Origin: the human T2T-CHM13v2.0 reference genome, Homo sapiens
Assembly: GCF_009914755.1 (NCBI RefSeq)
Contig: NC_060938.1
Reading direction: 5' to 3' (one strand)
Length of the DNA stretch: 64,000 nucleotides
The first letter of the stretch is position 1; every line of letters starts with the position of its first letter. Shown in pieces: positions 53,101 through 64,000 of the stretch. The position numbers were made by a program, and so were the translations under genes. The notes beneath the pieces are model-generated. The model did no database searches and was not told the DNA's origin. It saw nothing but the letters and a program-made list of their open reading frames with translations.

Positions 53101-54749
53101 GATTCTAGAACACTGCTGCTGGGTTCTGAGTGTTTGCCCCTCACATGGGATTCCGGAACACTGCTTTGAGTGTCTGAATGTTTTTCCCTCACAAATGTTT
53201 CCAGAACACGGCTGCTGGATTCTGTTTGTCCCTCACAAAGGATTCCATAGCGCCGCTGATGGTTTCTGAGTGTTTGTCCCTCACATAGGATTCCAGAACA
53301 CTTCTGCGATTGTCTGAATGTTTGTCCCTCCGAAAGGATTCCAGAGCACAGTGGCTGGATTCTTAGTGTTTGCCCCTCACGTAGGATTCCAGAACACTGC
53401 TGCTTGGTTCTGAGTGTTTAACCCTCCCATAGGATTCCAGAGCACTGCTGCTGGTTTCTGTTTGTTTGTTCCTCCCAAAGGATTACAGAGCACTGCTGTT
53501 GGGTTCTCAGTGTTTGTCCCTCACATACGATTCCAGAACACAGCTGTTTGATTCTGTGTGTTAGTGCCTCACATAGAATTCCAGAACACGGCTGCTGGGT
53601 TCTGAGTGTTTGTCCCTCACATAGGATTCCAGAACACTGCCGCTGGGTTCTGAATGTTTGTCCCTCACATAGGGTTCCAGAACACTGATACCAGTTTCTG
53701 AGTGTTTGTCCCTCACACAGGATCCCAGGACACTGCTACGAGTGTCTAAATCTTTTTCCATCACAAACGATTCCAGAACACTGCTGCTGGGATCTGAGTG
53801 TGTGTACCTCACATAGGATTCCAGTACACTGCTACGAATGTCTGAATGTTTTTCCCTCAAATATGATTCCAGAACACTGCTGCTACATTTGTTTGTTTTT
53901 CCTCACGAAGGATTCCAGAGCACAGCTGCTGGTTTCTGCATGTTTTTCCCCCACAGAGGATTCCAGAACACTTCTATGAATGTCTGAATGTGTGTCCCTC
54001 AGAGAGGTTTCCAGAACACAGTGGCTAGGTTCTGATTATTTGTCCTTCACATAGGATTCCAGAACGCTGCTGCTGGGTTCTGAGTTTTTGTCCCTCACAT
54101 AGGATTCCAGAACGCTGCTGCTGGGTTCTGAGTTTTTGTCCCTCACATAGGATTCCAGAACAGTGCTGCTGGGTTCTCAGTGTGTGCCTCTTACATGGAA
54201 TTCCAGAACAATGCTATGAATTCCTGAGTCCTTGTCGCTCACACAGGATTCCAAAGCACTGCTGCTGGGTTCTGAGTGTTTTTACCGCACATAGGATTCC
54301 AGGACACTGCTGCTGGGTTCTGAGTGTTTGTCCCTCACATAGGATTCCAGAACACTGCTACAAGTGTCTGAATGTTTTTGCCTCAGAAAGGATTCCAGAA
54401 CACTACTGTTGGGATCTCTCTGTTTGTCCCTCACAAAGGATTCCACAGTACTGCTGTTGGTTTCTGAGTGTTTGTCCCTCACATAGGATTCCAGAATAAT
54501 TCTAAGAGTGTCTAAATGTTTATCTCTCAGATTGGAATCCAGAAAACAATGGTTTGGTTCTCAGGGTTTGTCCCTTACATAGGATTCCAGAACACAGCTA
54601 CGAAGTTCTGAATGTGTCTCGTACACATAGGATTCCAGAACACTGCTGCTGGATTCGGAGTGTTTGTCCCTCACATACCATTCCAGAACACAGCTGCTGG
54701 TTTCTGAGTGTCTATCCCTCACATAGAATTCCAGAACACTGTTCCTGTG

Positions 54750-54969
54750 TTCTGAGTGTTTGTCCCTCACATAGGATTCCAAAACACTGCTACTGGGTTC
54801 TGAGTGTTTGTCCCTCTCATAGGATTCCAGAACACTGCTAATGGGTTCTGAGTGTTTGTCCCTCACATAGGATTCCAAAACACTGTTACTGGTTTCTGAG
54901 TGTTTGTCCCTCTCATAGGATTCCAGAACACTGCTAATGGGTTCTGAGTGTTTGTCCCTCACATAGGAT
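54750..54969. repeat. 96-bp tandem duplication
   Basis: AAAACACTG at 54781 and 54877; CCCTCTCATAGG...GCTAATGGG repeated with about 2 mismatches. Confidence 0.88.
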
Positions 54970-57900
54970 CCCAGAACACTGCTACGAGGGTCTAAATCTT
55001 TTTCCTTCACAAAGGATTCCAGAACACTGCTGCTGGGAACTGAGTGTGTGTCCCTCACATAGGATTCCAGAACACTGCTTCGAGTGTCTGAATATCCCTC
55101 ACAAAGTATTGTAGAACACTGCTGCTGGGCTCTTAGTGTTTGTCACTCACTTAGGATTCCAGAACACTGCTGCTGGGTTCTGAGGGTTTGTCCCTCACAT
55201 GATATTCGTGAACACTGCTGCGAAGTTCTGAATATTTGTTGTTCTCACAGGATTCCAAAACACTACTGCTGGGTTCTGAGTGTTTGTCCCTCACATAGGA
55301 TTCCAGAACAATTTTATGAGGGACTTAAAGTTTTTTTCTCAGAAAGGATTCCAGAACACTGCTGCTGTTTTCTGTTTGTTTGTCCCTCACTGAGGACTCC
55401 AGAGCTCTGCTGCTGGTTTCTGAGTGTTTCTCCCTCACATAGAATTTCAGAACACTCCTACGAGTTTCTAAATGTTTGTCCCTCAGATAGGATTCCAGAA
55501 CACAGTAGCTGGGTTTTGAGTGTTTGTCCCTCACATAAGATTCCAGAACACTGCTACGAAGTTCTGAATGTTTGTCACTCACATAGGATTCCAGAACACT
55601 GCTTCTGTGTTCCGTTTTTTGTCCCTCACACAGGATTCCAGAACACTCCTGCAGGGTTTGGAATGTTTGTCCCTCACATTAGACTCCAGAACACTGCTGC
55701 TGTGTTCTGTGTGTCTGTACCTCAGGTACAATTCAAGAACACTGCTGCTGGGTTATGAGTGTTTGTCTCTCAAGTAGGATTCCAGAACACTGCTGCTGGT
55801 TTCTGAGAGTTTGTACCTCACATAGGATTCCAGAACACTGCAACTGGGTTCTGAGTGTTTGTCCCTCTCATGGGATCCCAGAAAACTGTTACGAGGGTCT
55901 AAATGTTTGTTCATCACAAAGGATTCCAGAACACTGCTGCTGGGTTCTGATTCTTTGTCCCTCACATAGGATTACAGAGCACTGCTTCGAGTGTGTGAGT
56001 GTTTGTTCCTCACAAAGGATTCTAGAACACTGCTGCTGGGTTCTGAGTGTTTGTCCCTCACATCTGATTCGTGAACACTTCCACGAAATTCTGAATACTT
56101 GTCCCTCACACAGGATTCCAAAACTCTACTGCTGGATTCTGAGTGTTTCTCCCTCATATAGGATTCCAGAACATTCTTTCGAGAGTCTTAATGTTTTCTC
56201 TCTGAAAGGATTCCAGAACACTGCGCTGGGTTCTTTATGTTTGTCCCTCACAAAGAACTCCAGAGCACTGCTACTGGTTTCTGAGTGTTTGCCCTCACAT
56301 AGGATTCCACAAAATTTCTATGAGTGTCTGAATGTTTGTCCCTCAGATAGTATTCCAGAACACAGTGGCTGGGGTTTGAGTGTTTGTCCCTCAAATAGGA
56401 TTCCAGAACACAGCTGCTAGGTGTTGAGAGGTTTTCCGTCACATAGGATTCCAGAACACTGTTACGAGGGTCTGAATGTTTTTCCCTCACAAAGGATTCC
56501 AGAGCACTGTTACTGGTTACTGCCTATTTTTCCTTCACGTAGGATTACAGAACACTTCTGCGAGTGTCTGAATGTTTGTTTCTCAGATAGGATTCGAGAA
56601 AACAGTGGCTGGGTTCTGAGTGTTTGTCCCTCACATACTATTCCAGAATACTGCCACTGGGTTCTCAGGGTTTTTCCCTCACATGGGATTCCAGAACACT
56701 GCTATGAAATTCTGAATCTTTTTCACTCACACAGGATCCCAAAACACTGCTGCTGGGCTCTGACAGTTTGTCCTTGACATAGGATTCCAGAACACGGCTG
56801 CTGGTTTCTGAGTGTTTGTCCCTAACATGGGATTCCAGAACACTGCTGCTGGGTTCAGTGTATTTGTCCCTCAAATGGGATTCCACAACACTGCTACAAG
56901 GTCCTGAATGTTTGTCCCTCAGAAACGAATCCAGAACACTACTGCTGGTTTCTGAGTGTTTGTCCCTGGCATAGGATTCCAGAACACTGCTGCTGCGTTC
57001 TGTTTGTTTGTCCCTCACAAAGGATTACAGAGCACTTCTGCTGGTTTCTGAGTGGTTGTCCCTCACATAGGATTCCAGAACCCTGCTTCGATTGTCTGAA
57101 TGTTTATCCCTCACAAAAAATTCTAGAACACTGCTGCTGGGTTCTGAGTGTTTGTCTCTCACATTGGATTCCAGAACACTGCTGCTGGGTTGTGAGTATT
57201 TGCCCATCACATAGGATTCCAGAGCACTGTTGCGAGGGTCTGAATGTTTTTCTCTCACAAAGGATTCCAGAACACTGCTGCTGTTTCTGTTTGTCCCTCA
57301 AAAAGGATTCTACAACACTTCTACGAGTCTCTGAATGTTTGTCACTCAGATAGGATTCCAGAAAACTGTGCAGACTTCTGAGTGTTTGTCCCTCACATAG
57401 GATTCCAGAACACTGCTGCTGGGTTCTGAGTGTTTGTCCTGCACCCAGAATTCGAGATCCCTGCTGTTGGGTTCTGAGTGTTCGTGCTCACATAGGATTC
57501 CAGGACACTGCTCCTGGGTTCGGAGTGTTTGTCTCTTGCATACGATCCCATAACACTGCTGCTGGGTTCTGAGTATTTGTCCCTCCCACAGGATTGCAGA
57601 ACACTGCTGCTGGGTTCTGAGCGTTTGTCCCCCACATGCGTTTCGTGAACACTGCTACGAAGTTCGGATTCTTTGTCGCTCACTCAGGATTCCAAAACAC
57701 TGCTGCTGGGTTCTGAGTGTTTGTCCCTCACATGGGATTACAGATCACAGCTGCTGGGTTCTGAGTGTTTGTCCCTCACATGGGATTACAGATCACAGCT
57801 GCTGTATTCTGAGTGTTTGTTCCTCACATAAGATACCAGAACATTGTTGCTGGGTTGTATGTGTTTGTCCCTCACATTGGATTCCAGAACACTGCTGCTA

Positions 57901-60900
57901 GGTTGTCCCTCACGTAGGATTCCAGAATACTGCTACAAGGGTATGAAAGTTTGTCTCTCACAAAGGATTCCAGAACACTGCTCCTGGTTTCTGGGTGTTT
58001 GTCCCTCACATATAATTCCCAAACACTGCTGTAAGGGTCTGAATATTTGTCCCTTATAGGGATTGCAGAACACTGTTTTTGAGTTCTGAGTGTTTGCCCC
58101 TCACAAAGGATTCCAGAACACTGCTACGAGGGTCCAAATGTTTGTCCCTCACAAAGGATTCCGTATCACTGCTATGAGTGTCTGAATTCTTGTCCCTCAC
58201 ATAGGATTCCAGAACACTGCTACTGGGTTCTGAGTGTTTGCCCTTCACATAGGATTCCAGAACACTGCTCCGAGGGTCTGAATGTTTGTCCCTCCCATAG
58301 GAATCCAGAACACTGCTGCTGGATTGTGAGTGTATATCCCTCATATAGGATTCCAGAACATTTCTGCTGGGTTCTGAGTGTTTGTCCCTCATATAGGATA
58401 CCAGAACACTGCTACTGGGTTCTGAGTGTTTCTCCCTCACATAGCATTCCTGAACACGGCTGCTGGGTTCTGAGTGTTTGTCCCTCACAAAAGAATGTAG
58501 AACTCTGCTGCTGGGTTCTGAGTCTTTGTCACTCCCAAGGGATTCCAGAACACTGCTGCTGGGTTCTGAGTGTTTGTCCCTCACATAGGATTCCAAACCA
58601 CTGCTGCTGGGCTCTGAGTTTGTCCCTCACTTAGGATTCCAGAACACTGCTGCTGGGTTCTGAGTGTTTGTCCCTCACATAGGATTACAGAACACTACTA
58701 AGAGGGTCTGAATGTTTTTCCCTCACATAGGATTCCAGAACACTGCTGCTCGGTTCTCAGTGTGTGTCCCTCACATAGGATTCCAGCATACTACTGCTGT
58801 GTTCTCAGTGTTTGTCCCTCACAGAGGATTCCAGAACACTGCTGCTGATTTCTGAGTGTTTGCCCTTCACATAGGATTCCAGAACACTGTCGCGAGGGTC
58901 TGAATGTTTGTCCATCACAAAGGATTCCAGAACACTGCTGCTGGGTTCTGAGTGTTTATCCCTCACAGAGGATTCCAGAACACTGCTGCTGTGTTCTGAG
59001 TGTTTGTCTCTCATCTAGGATTCCAGAACACTGCTGCTGGGTTCTGAGTGTTTGTCCCTCACTTAGGATCCCAGGACACTGCTACGAGGGTGTGAAAGTT
59101 TTTCCATCGCAAAGGATTCCAGAATACTGCTCCTGGGTTCAGAGTGTTTGTCCCTCACAGAGGATTCCAGAACTCTGCATCCAGGGTCTGAATTTTGTCC
59201 GTCGCAAAGGACTCTAGAACACTGCTCCTTTGTACTGAGTGTTTGTCACTCACATAGGATTCCTGAACACCACTGCTGGGTTCTGAGTGTTTGTCACTCA
59301 CATGGGATTCCAGTACACTGCTGCTGGGTTCAGAGTATTTCACCCTCTCATAGGATTCCATAACACTGCTATGAGGTTCCGAATGTTTGTCCCTCAGAAA
59401 GGACTCCAGAACACTCCTGCTGGGTTCTGAGTGTTTGTCCCTCACATAGGATTCCAGAACACTTATATGAATGTCTGAATGTTTTTCCCTCATATAGGAT
59501 TCCAGAACACAGTGGCGGGGTTCTGAGTGTTTGTCCCTTACGTAGGATTCCAGAACACTGCTGGTGGGTTCTGAGGGTTTGATCCTCATCTAGGATTCCA
59601 GAACACAGCTGTTGCATTCTGAGTGTTTATCCCTCAGATAAGTTTCCAGAACCCTGATGCTGGGTTCTGAGTGTTTGTCCCTCACATAGGATTCTAGAAC
59701 ACTGCTGCTGGGTTCTGAGTGTTTGTCCTTCACATAGGATTCCAAAACACTGCCACGGGGTTCTGTTTGTTTGCCCATCACAAGGATTCCAGAACAGGAT
59801 TGCTGGTTTCTGATTGTTTGTCCTTCACGTAGAATTCCGGAAAACTGCTACGAGTGTCTGAAAGTTTGTCAATCACAAAGGATTCCAGAACACAGTGGCT
59901 GGGTTCTTAGTGTTTGTCCCTCACATAGGATTCCAGAAATTAATGCTGGTTTCTGAGTGTTTCTCCAACACATAGGATTCCAGAACCCTGCTGCTGGTTT
60001 CTGAGTGTTTGTCCCTCACATGGGATCCCAGAACACTGCTTCTGGGTTCTGATTGTTTCTCCTTCGCATATGATTCCAGAACACTACTAAGAGATTCTGA
60101 ATGTTTGTCCCTCACAAAGGATTACAAAACACTGCTGCTGGGTACTTAGTGTTTGTCCCTCACACAGTAATCCAGAGGACTGCTACTGTGTTCTGAGTGT
60201 TTGTCCCTCACATAGGACACCAGAACTCTTCTATGAGTGTCTGATTATTTATCACTCAGGTGGGATTCCAGAACACAGTGGCTGGGTTCTGAGTGTCTGT
60301 CCCTCACATCTGATTCCAGAACACTTCTTCGAGGGTCTGAAGTTTTGTCCCTCATAAATGATTCCAGAACTCTGCTGCAGGGTTCTGAGTGTTTGTCCCT
60401 CACATAGGATTCCAGAACACTGCTACAACGGTCTGAATGTTTGTCCATCACAAAGGATTGCCCAACACTACTGCTCGGTTCTGAGTGGTTGTCCCTCACA
60501 TAGGATTCCAGAACACTGTTTTGAGGGTAAGCATGTTTGTCCCTCAAAGAGGATTCTAGAACACTGCTTCTGTGTTCTGAGTGTTTGTGACTCACATAGG
60601 ATGCCAGAACACTGCTAAGTGGGTCTGTATGATTTTTCCTCATATTGGATTCCAGAACACTGCTACTAAGTTCTGAATGTTTTTCCCTCACAAAGGATTC
60701 CAGAACACTGTTGCTGGGTTCTGTTTGTCCCTCACAAAGGATTCCAGAGCACTGCTGCAGGTTTCTTAGTGTTTGTCTCCCACATAGGATTCCAGAATAC
60801 TTCTACGAGGGTCTGAATGTTTGTCCCTCATATAGGATTCCAGTACATAGTGTCCAGGTTCTGAGTGTTTGTCGCTCACATAGGATTGCAGACAACTGCT

Positions 60901-62540
60901 GCTGGATTCTGAGTGTTTGTCCCTCACATAGGACTCCAGAACACTGCTGCTCAGTTCTGACTGTTTGTCACTCACATGGGATTCCAGAACACTGTTGTTG
61001 TGTTCTGAGAGTTTGTTCTCCACTTAGGATTCCAGAACACTGCTACGAGGTTCTGAATGTTTGTCCCTGACAAAGGATTCCAGAACACTGCTGCTGAGTT
61101 CAGAGTGTTTGTCCCTCACAAGAAATTCCAGAGCACTGCTTCTAAGTTCTGAATGTTTGTTGCTTACATAGGATTTCAGAACACTGCTTCTGGGATCTGA
61201 GAGTTTGTCCCTCACTTAGGTGTCCGGAAGACTGCTGCTGTGTTCTGAGTGTTTTCCCTCATGTAGGATTCCAGAACACTGCTACGAGTGTCTGAATGGT
61301 TTTCCCTCACAAAGGTTTCCTAAACACTGTTGCTGTGTTCTGTTTGTTTGTCCCTCATAAAGGTTTCCAGAGCACTACCCACTACTACGAGTGTCTGAAT
61401 GTTTGCCCATCACAAAGGATTGCACAACACTGCTGCTGGGTTCTGAGTGTTTGTACCTCACATAGGATTTCAGAACACTCCTGCTGGATTCTGAGTGTTT
61501 CTGCCTCACATACGATTTCAGAATACTGCTGCTGGGTTCCGAGAGTTTGTCACTCAAATAGGATTCCAGAAAACTGCTGCTGATTTCTGAGTGTTTTTCC
61601 CTCACTTATGATTCCAGAACACTGCTATGAGTTTCTGAATGCTTGTCTCTCACAAAGGATTCCAGAACAGTACTGATGGCTTCTGAGTGTTTGTCCCTCA
61701 CTTAGGATTCCAGAACAATTCTACGGGGTTGTGAATGCTTGTCCCTCATAACGGATTCCAGAACACTGCTGCTGAGTTCTAAGTGTTTGTCCCTCACAGA
61801 GGATTCCACAGCACTGCGGCTGGTTTCCAAGTGATTGTCCCACGAATAAGATTCCAGAATACTTCTACGAGTGTCTGAATGTTTGTCCCTCAGATATTAT
61901 TCCAGAACACAGTGGCTGGGTTCTGAGTGTTTTTCCCCCACATAGGATTCCAGAATACAGCTACGAATATCTGAATGTCACTCACATAGGATTTCAGAAC
62001 ACTGCTGCTGGGTTCTGAACGTTTCTCACTCACATAGGGTTCAAGAAAACTGCTATGAAGGTCTTAATGTTTGTCCATCAGTAAGGATTCCAGAATACTG
62101 CTTCAGGGATCTGAATGTTTGTTTCATACATAGGATTCCAGAACCCTGTTTCGAGTTTCTGGATATTTGTCCCACACAGAGGATTCTAGAACACTGCTGC
62201 TGGTTTCTGAGGGTTTGTCACTCACATAGGATTCCAGAACACTGCTACTGGGTTCTGAGTGTTTCTCCCTCACATAGGATTTCAGAACACTGCTGCTGGG
62301 TTCTGAGTGTTTGATCCTCACATGGGATTCCAGAACAATGCTAAGAAGTTCTGAGTCTATGTCGATCATACCGGATTCCAAAACACTGCTGCTGGGTTCT
62401 GAGCGTTTGTCCCTCACATTGTATTCCAGAAGATTGCTGCTGGGTTCTGAGTGTTTGTTCCTCACATAGGATTCCAGAACACTGCTACTAGGTTCTGAAT
62501 GTTTGCCCATCACAAAGGATTCCAGAACACTTCTGTGGGG

Positions 62541-62700
62541 TTCTGAGTGTTTGTCCCTCACAAAGGATTCCAGAGAACTGCCGCTGGTTTCTGAGTGTTT
62601 GTCCCTCACAAAGGATTCCAGAGAACTGCCGCTGGTTTCTGAGTGTCCCTCACAAAGGATTCCAGAGAACTGCTGCTGGTTTCTGAGTGTTTGTCCCTCA
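62541..62700. repeat. Triplication of a single variant monomer
   Basis: CACAAAGGATTCCAGAGAACTGC(C/T)GCTGGTTTCTGAGTGT occurs three times, with one 4-bp deletion. Confidence 0.88.
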
Positions 62701-64000
62701 GATAGGATTACAGAAAGCTTTTGAGAGTGTCTGAACGTTTGTCAATTAAATAGGATTCCAGAACACAGTGGCTAGGAACTCAGTGTTTGTCCCTCACGTA
62801 GGATTCCAGAACAATGCTACGAGCATCTGAATGTTTGTCCATTCCAAAGGATTCCAGAACACTGCTACTGGGATCTGAGTGTTTGTCCCTCACGTGGGAC
62901 TCCAGAACACTGCTTCGAGGTTCTGAAAGTTTGTCCCTCACAAGGAATTCAAGAAAACAGCTGCTGGGTTCTGAGTCTTTGCCCCTAACATAGGATTCCA
63001 GAACACTGCTGCTGGGTTCTGAGTGTTTGCCCCTCACATGGGATTCCAGAACACTGCTGCTGGGTTCAGAGTATTTGTCCCTCACATAAGATTCCAGAAC
63101 ACTGCTGAGAGGTTCTGAATGTTTCTACCTCACAAAGGATTACAGAGCACTGCTGCTGGTTTCTGAGTATTTGTCCCTCACATAGGATTCCAGAACACTT
63201 CTAAGAGTGTCTGAAAGTTTGTCCCTCAGACAGGATTCCAGAACCCTGCTTCTTGGTTCTGAGGGATTGTACCTCACTTAGGATTCCGAAACACTGCTGC
63301 TGGGATCTGAGTGTTTGTCCCTTACATAGAATTCCAAAAAACTGCTACGAAGTTCTGAATGTTTTTTGCTCACATAGGATTCCAGAAAAATGTTGCTGCT
63401 TTCTGAGTGTTTGTCCCTCACGTAGGATTCCAGAACACTGCTGCGAGTGTCTGAATGTTTATCCCTCACTAAGGATTCCAGAACACTTCTACTGGGTTCT
63501 GAGTGTTAGTCCCTCATATTAGGTTCCTCGACAATGCTACAAGTGTCTGAATATTTTTCCCTCACATAGGATTCCAAAACACCGCTGTTGGGTTGTGTTT
63601 GTTTGTCCTTCACAAAGGATTCCAGAGCACTGCTTCAGGTTTCTTAGTGTTTGTCCCTCACATAGGATTCCAGAACACTTCTACGAAAGTCTGAATGTTT
63701 GTCCCTCAGATAGTATTATAGAACACAGTGGCTGGGTACTGAGTGTTTGTCCCTCATAAAGTATTCCAGAACACTGCTGCTGGGTTCTGAGTGTTTGTCC
63801 CTCACATAGGATTCCAGAACACTGCTTCGAGCGTCTGAACGTCTGTGCCTCACAAAGGATTCTAGAACACTACTGCTGGTTTCTGAGTGTTTGTCACTCA
63901 CATAGGATTCCAGAACACTACTGCTGGTTTCTGAGTGTTTCTTCCTCACATGTGATTCCAGAACACTGCTATGAACTTCTGAATCTTTGTTGATCACATA

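Larger units (their letters stand above)
23666..64000 (+). repeat. CER-type 48-bp satellite array, right arm in opposite orientation (about 840 monomers)
   Basis: From TTCTGAGGGTTTGTCCCTCACATAGGATTCC at 23666 to the window end, the top strand reads TTCCAGAACACTGCTGCTGGGTTCTGAGTGTTTGTCCCTCACATAGGA, the reverse complement of the left-arm monomer. The VRDKHSEPSSSVLESY ORFs switch from + to - at this point. Confidence 0.93.

Noticed and set aside
35-63997. Hundreds of ORFs with 16-aa repeats (VRDKHSEPSSSVLESY, LSVCPSHRIPEHCCWV, CEGQTLRTQQQCSGIL), up to 305 aa
   Set aside because: The 48-bp unit is a multiple of 3 and three consensus frames are stop-free. ORFs overlap on both strands, mostly start at GTG/TTG, and are broken by frequent stops and frameshifts, with no sign of codon-level constraint.
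1-64000. CRISPR-like array (repeat with an internal dyad)
   Set aside because: There are no unique spacers, monomers are directly adjacent and diverge along their whole length, and no cas genes are present.
1-64000. Strict 96-bp A/B dimer organisation
   Set aside because: A and B monomers both occur but do not alternate regularly; runs of several A-type or B-type monomers are common.
1-64000. Assignment to a specific chromosome or to the rDNA distal junction
   Set aside because: CER occurs at several loci and the window has no unique flanking sequence; mapping would be needed.
1-64000. Alpha satellite, CENP-B boxes, HSat2/3 or beta satellite
   Set aside because: No 171-bp, (CATTC)n or 68-bp periodicity, and I noticed no CENP-B box.

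Overview
The whole 64 kb window is one uninterrupted tandem satellite array of a 48-bp monomer (consensus GAGGGACAAACACTCAGAACCCAGCAGCAGTGTTCTGGAATCCTATGT, about 1,330 diverged copies). I recognise it from memory as the human/primate CER (D22Z3-type, 48-bp centromeric repeat) satellite of pericentromeric regions and acrocentric short arms; no database search was run. I see no real protein-coding gene, RNA gene, transposon insertion or CRISPR array. The many ORFs arise because 48 bp is 16 codons and three of the six consensus frames lack stops. The main structural feature is one sharp strand inversion at about 23,657-23,665, with a short scar, a 24-bp fold-back stem and a fresh 96-bp duplication beside it. 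The array also shows degenerate higher-order repeats shared by both arms, recent tandem duplications of 1 to about 20 monomers, dispersed near-identical patches and a templated-insertion scar at about 37.57 kb. I found no new gene-based system; the interest lies in satellite architecture and mutational history.
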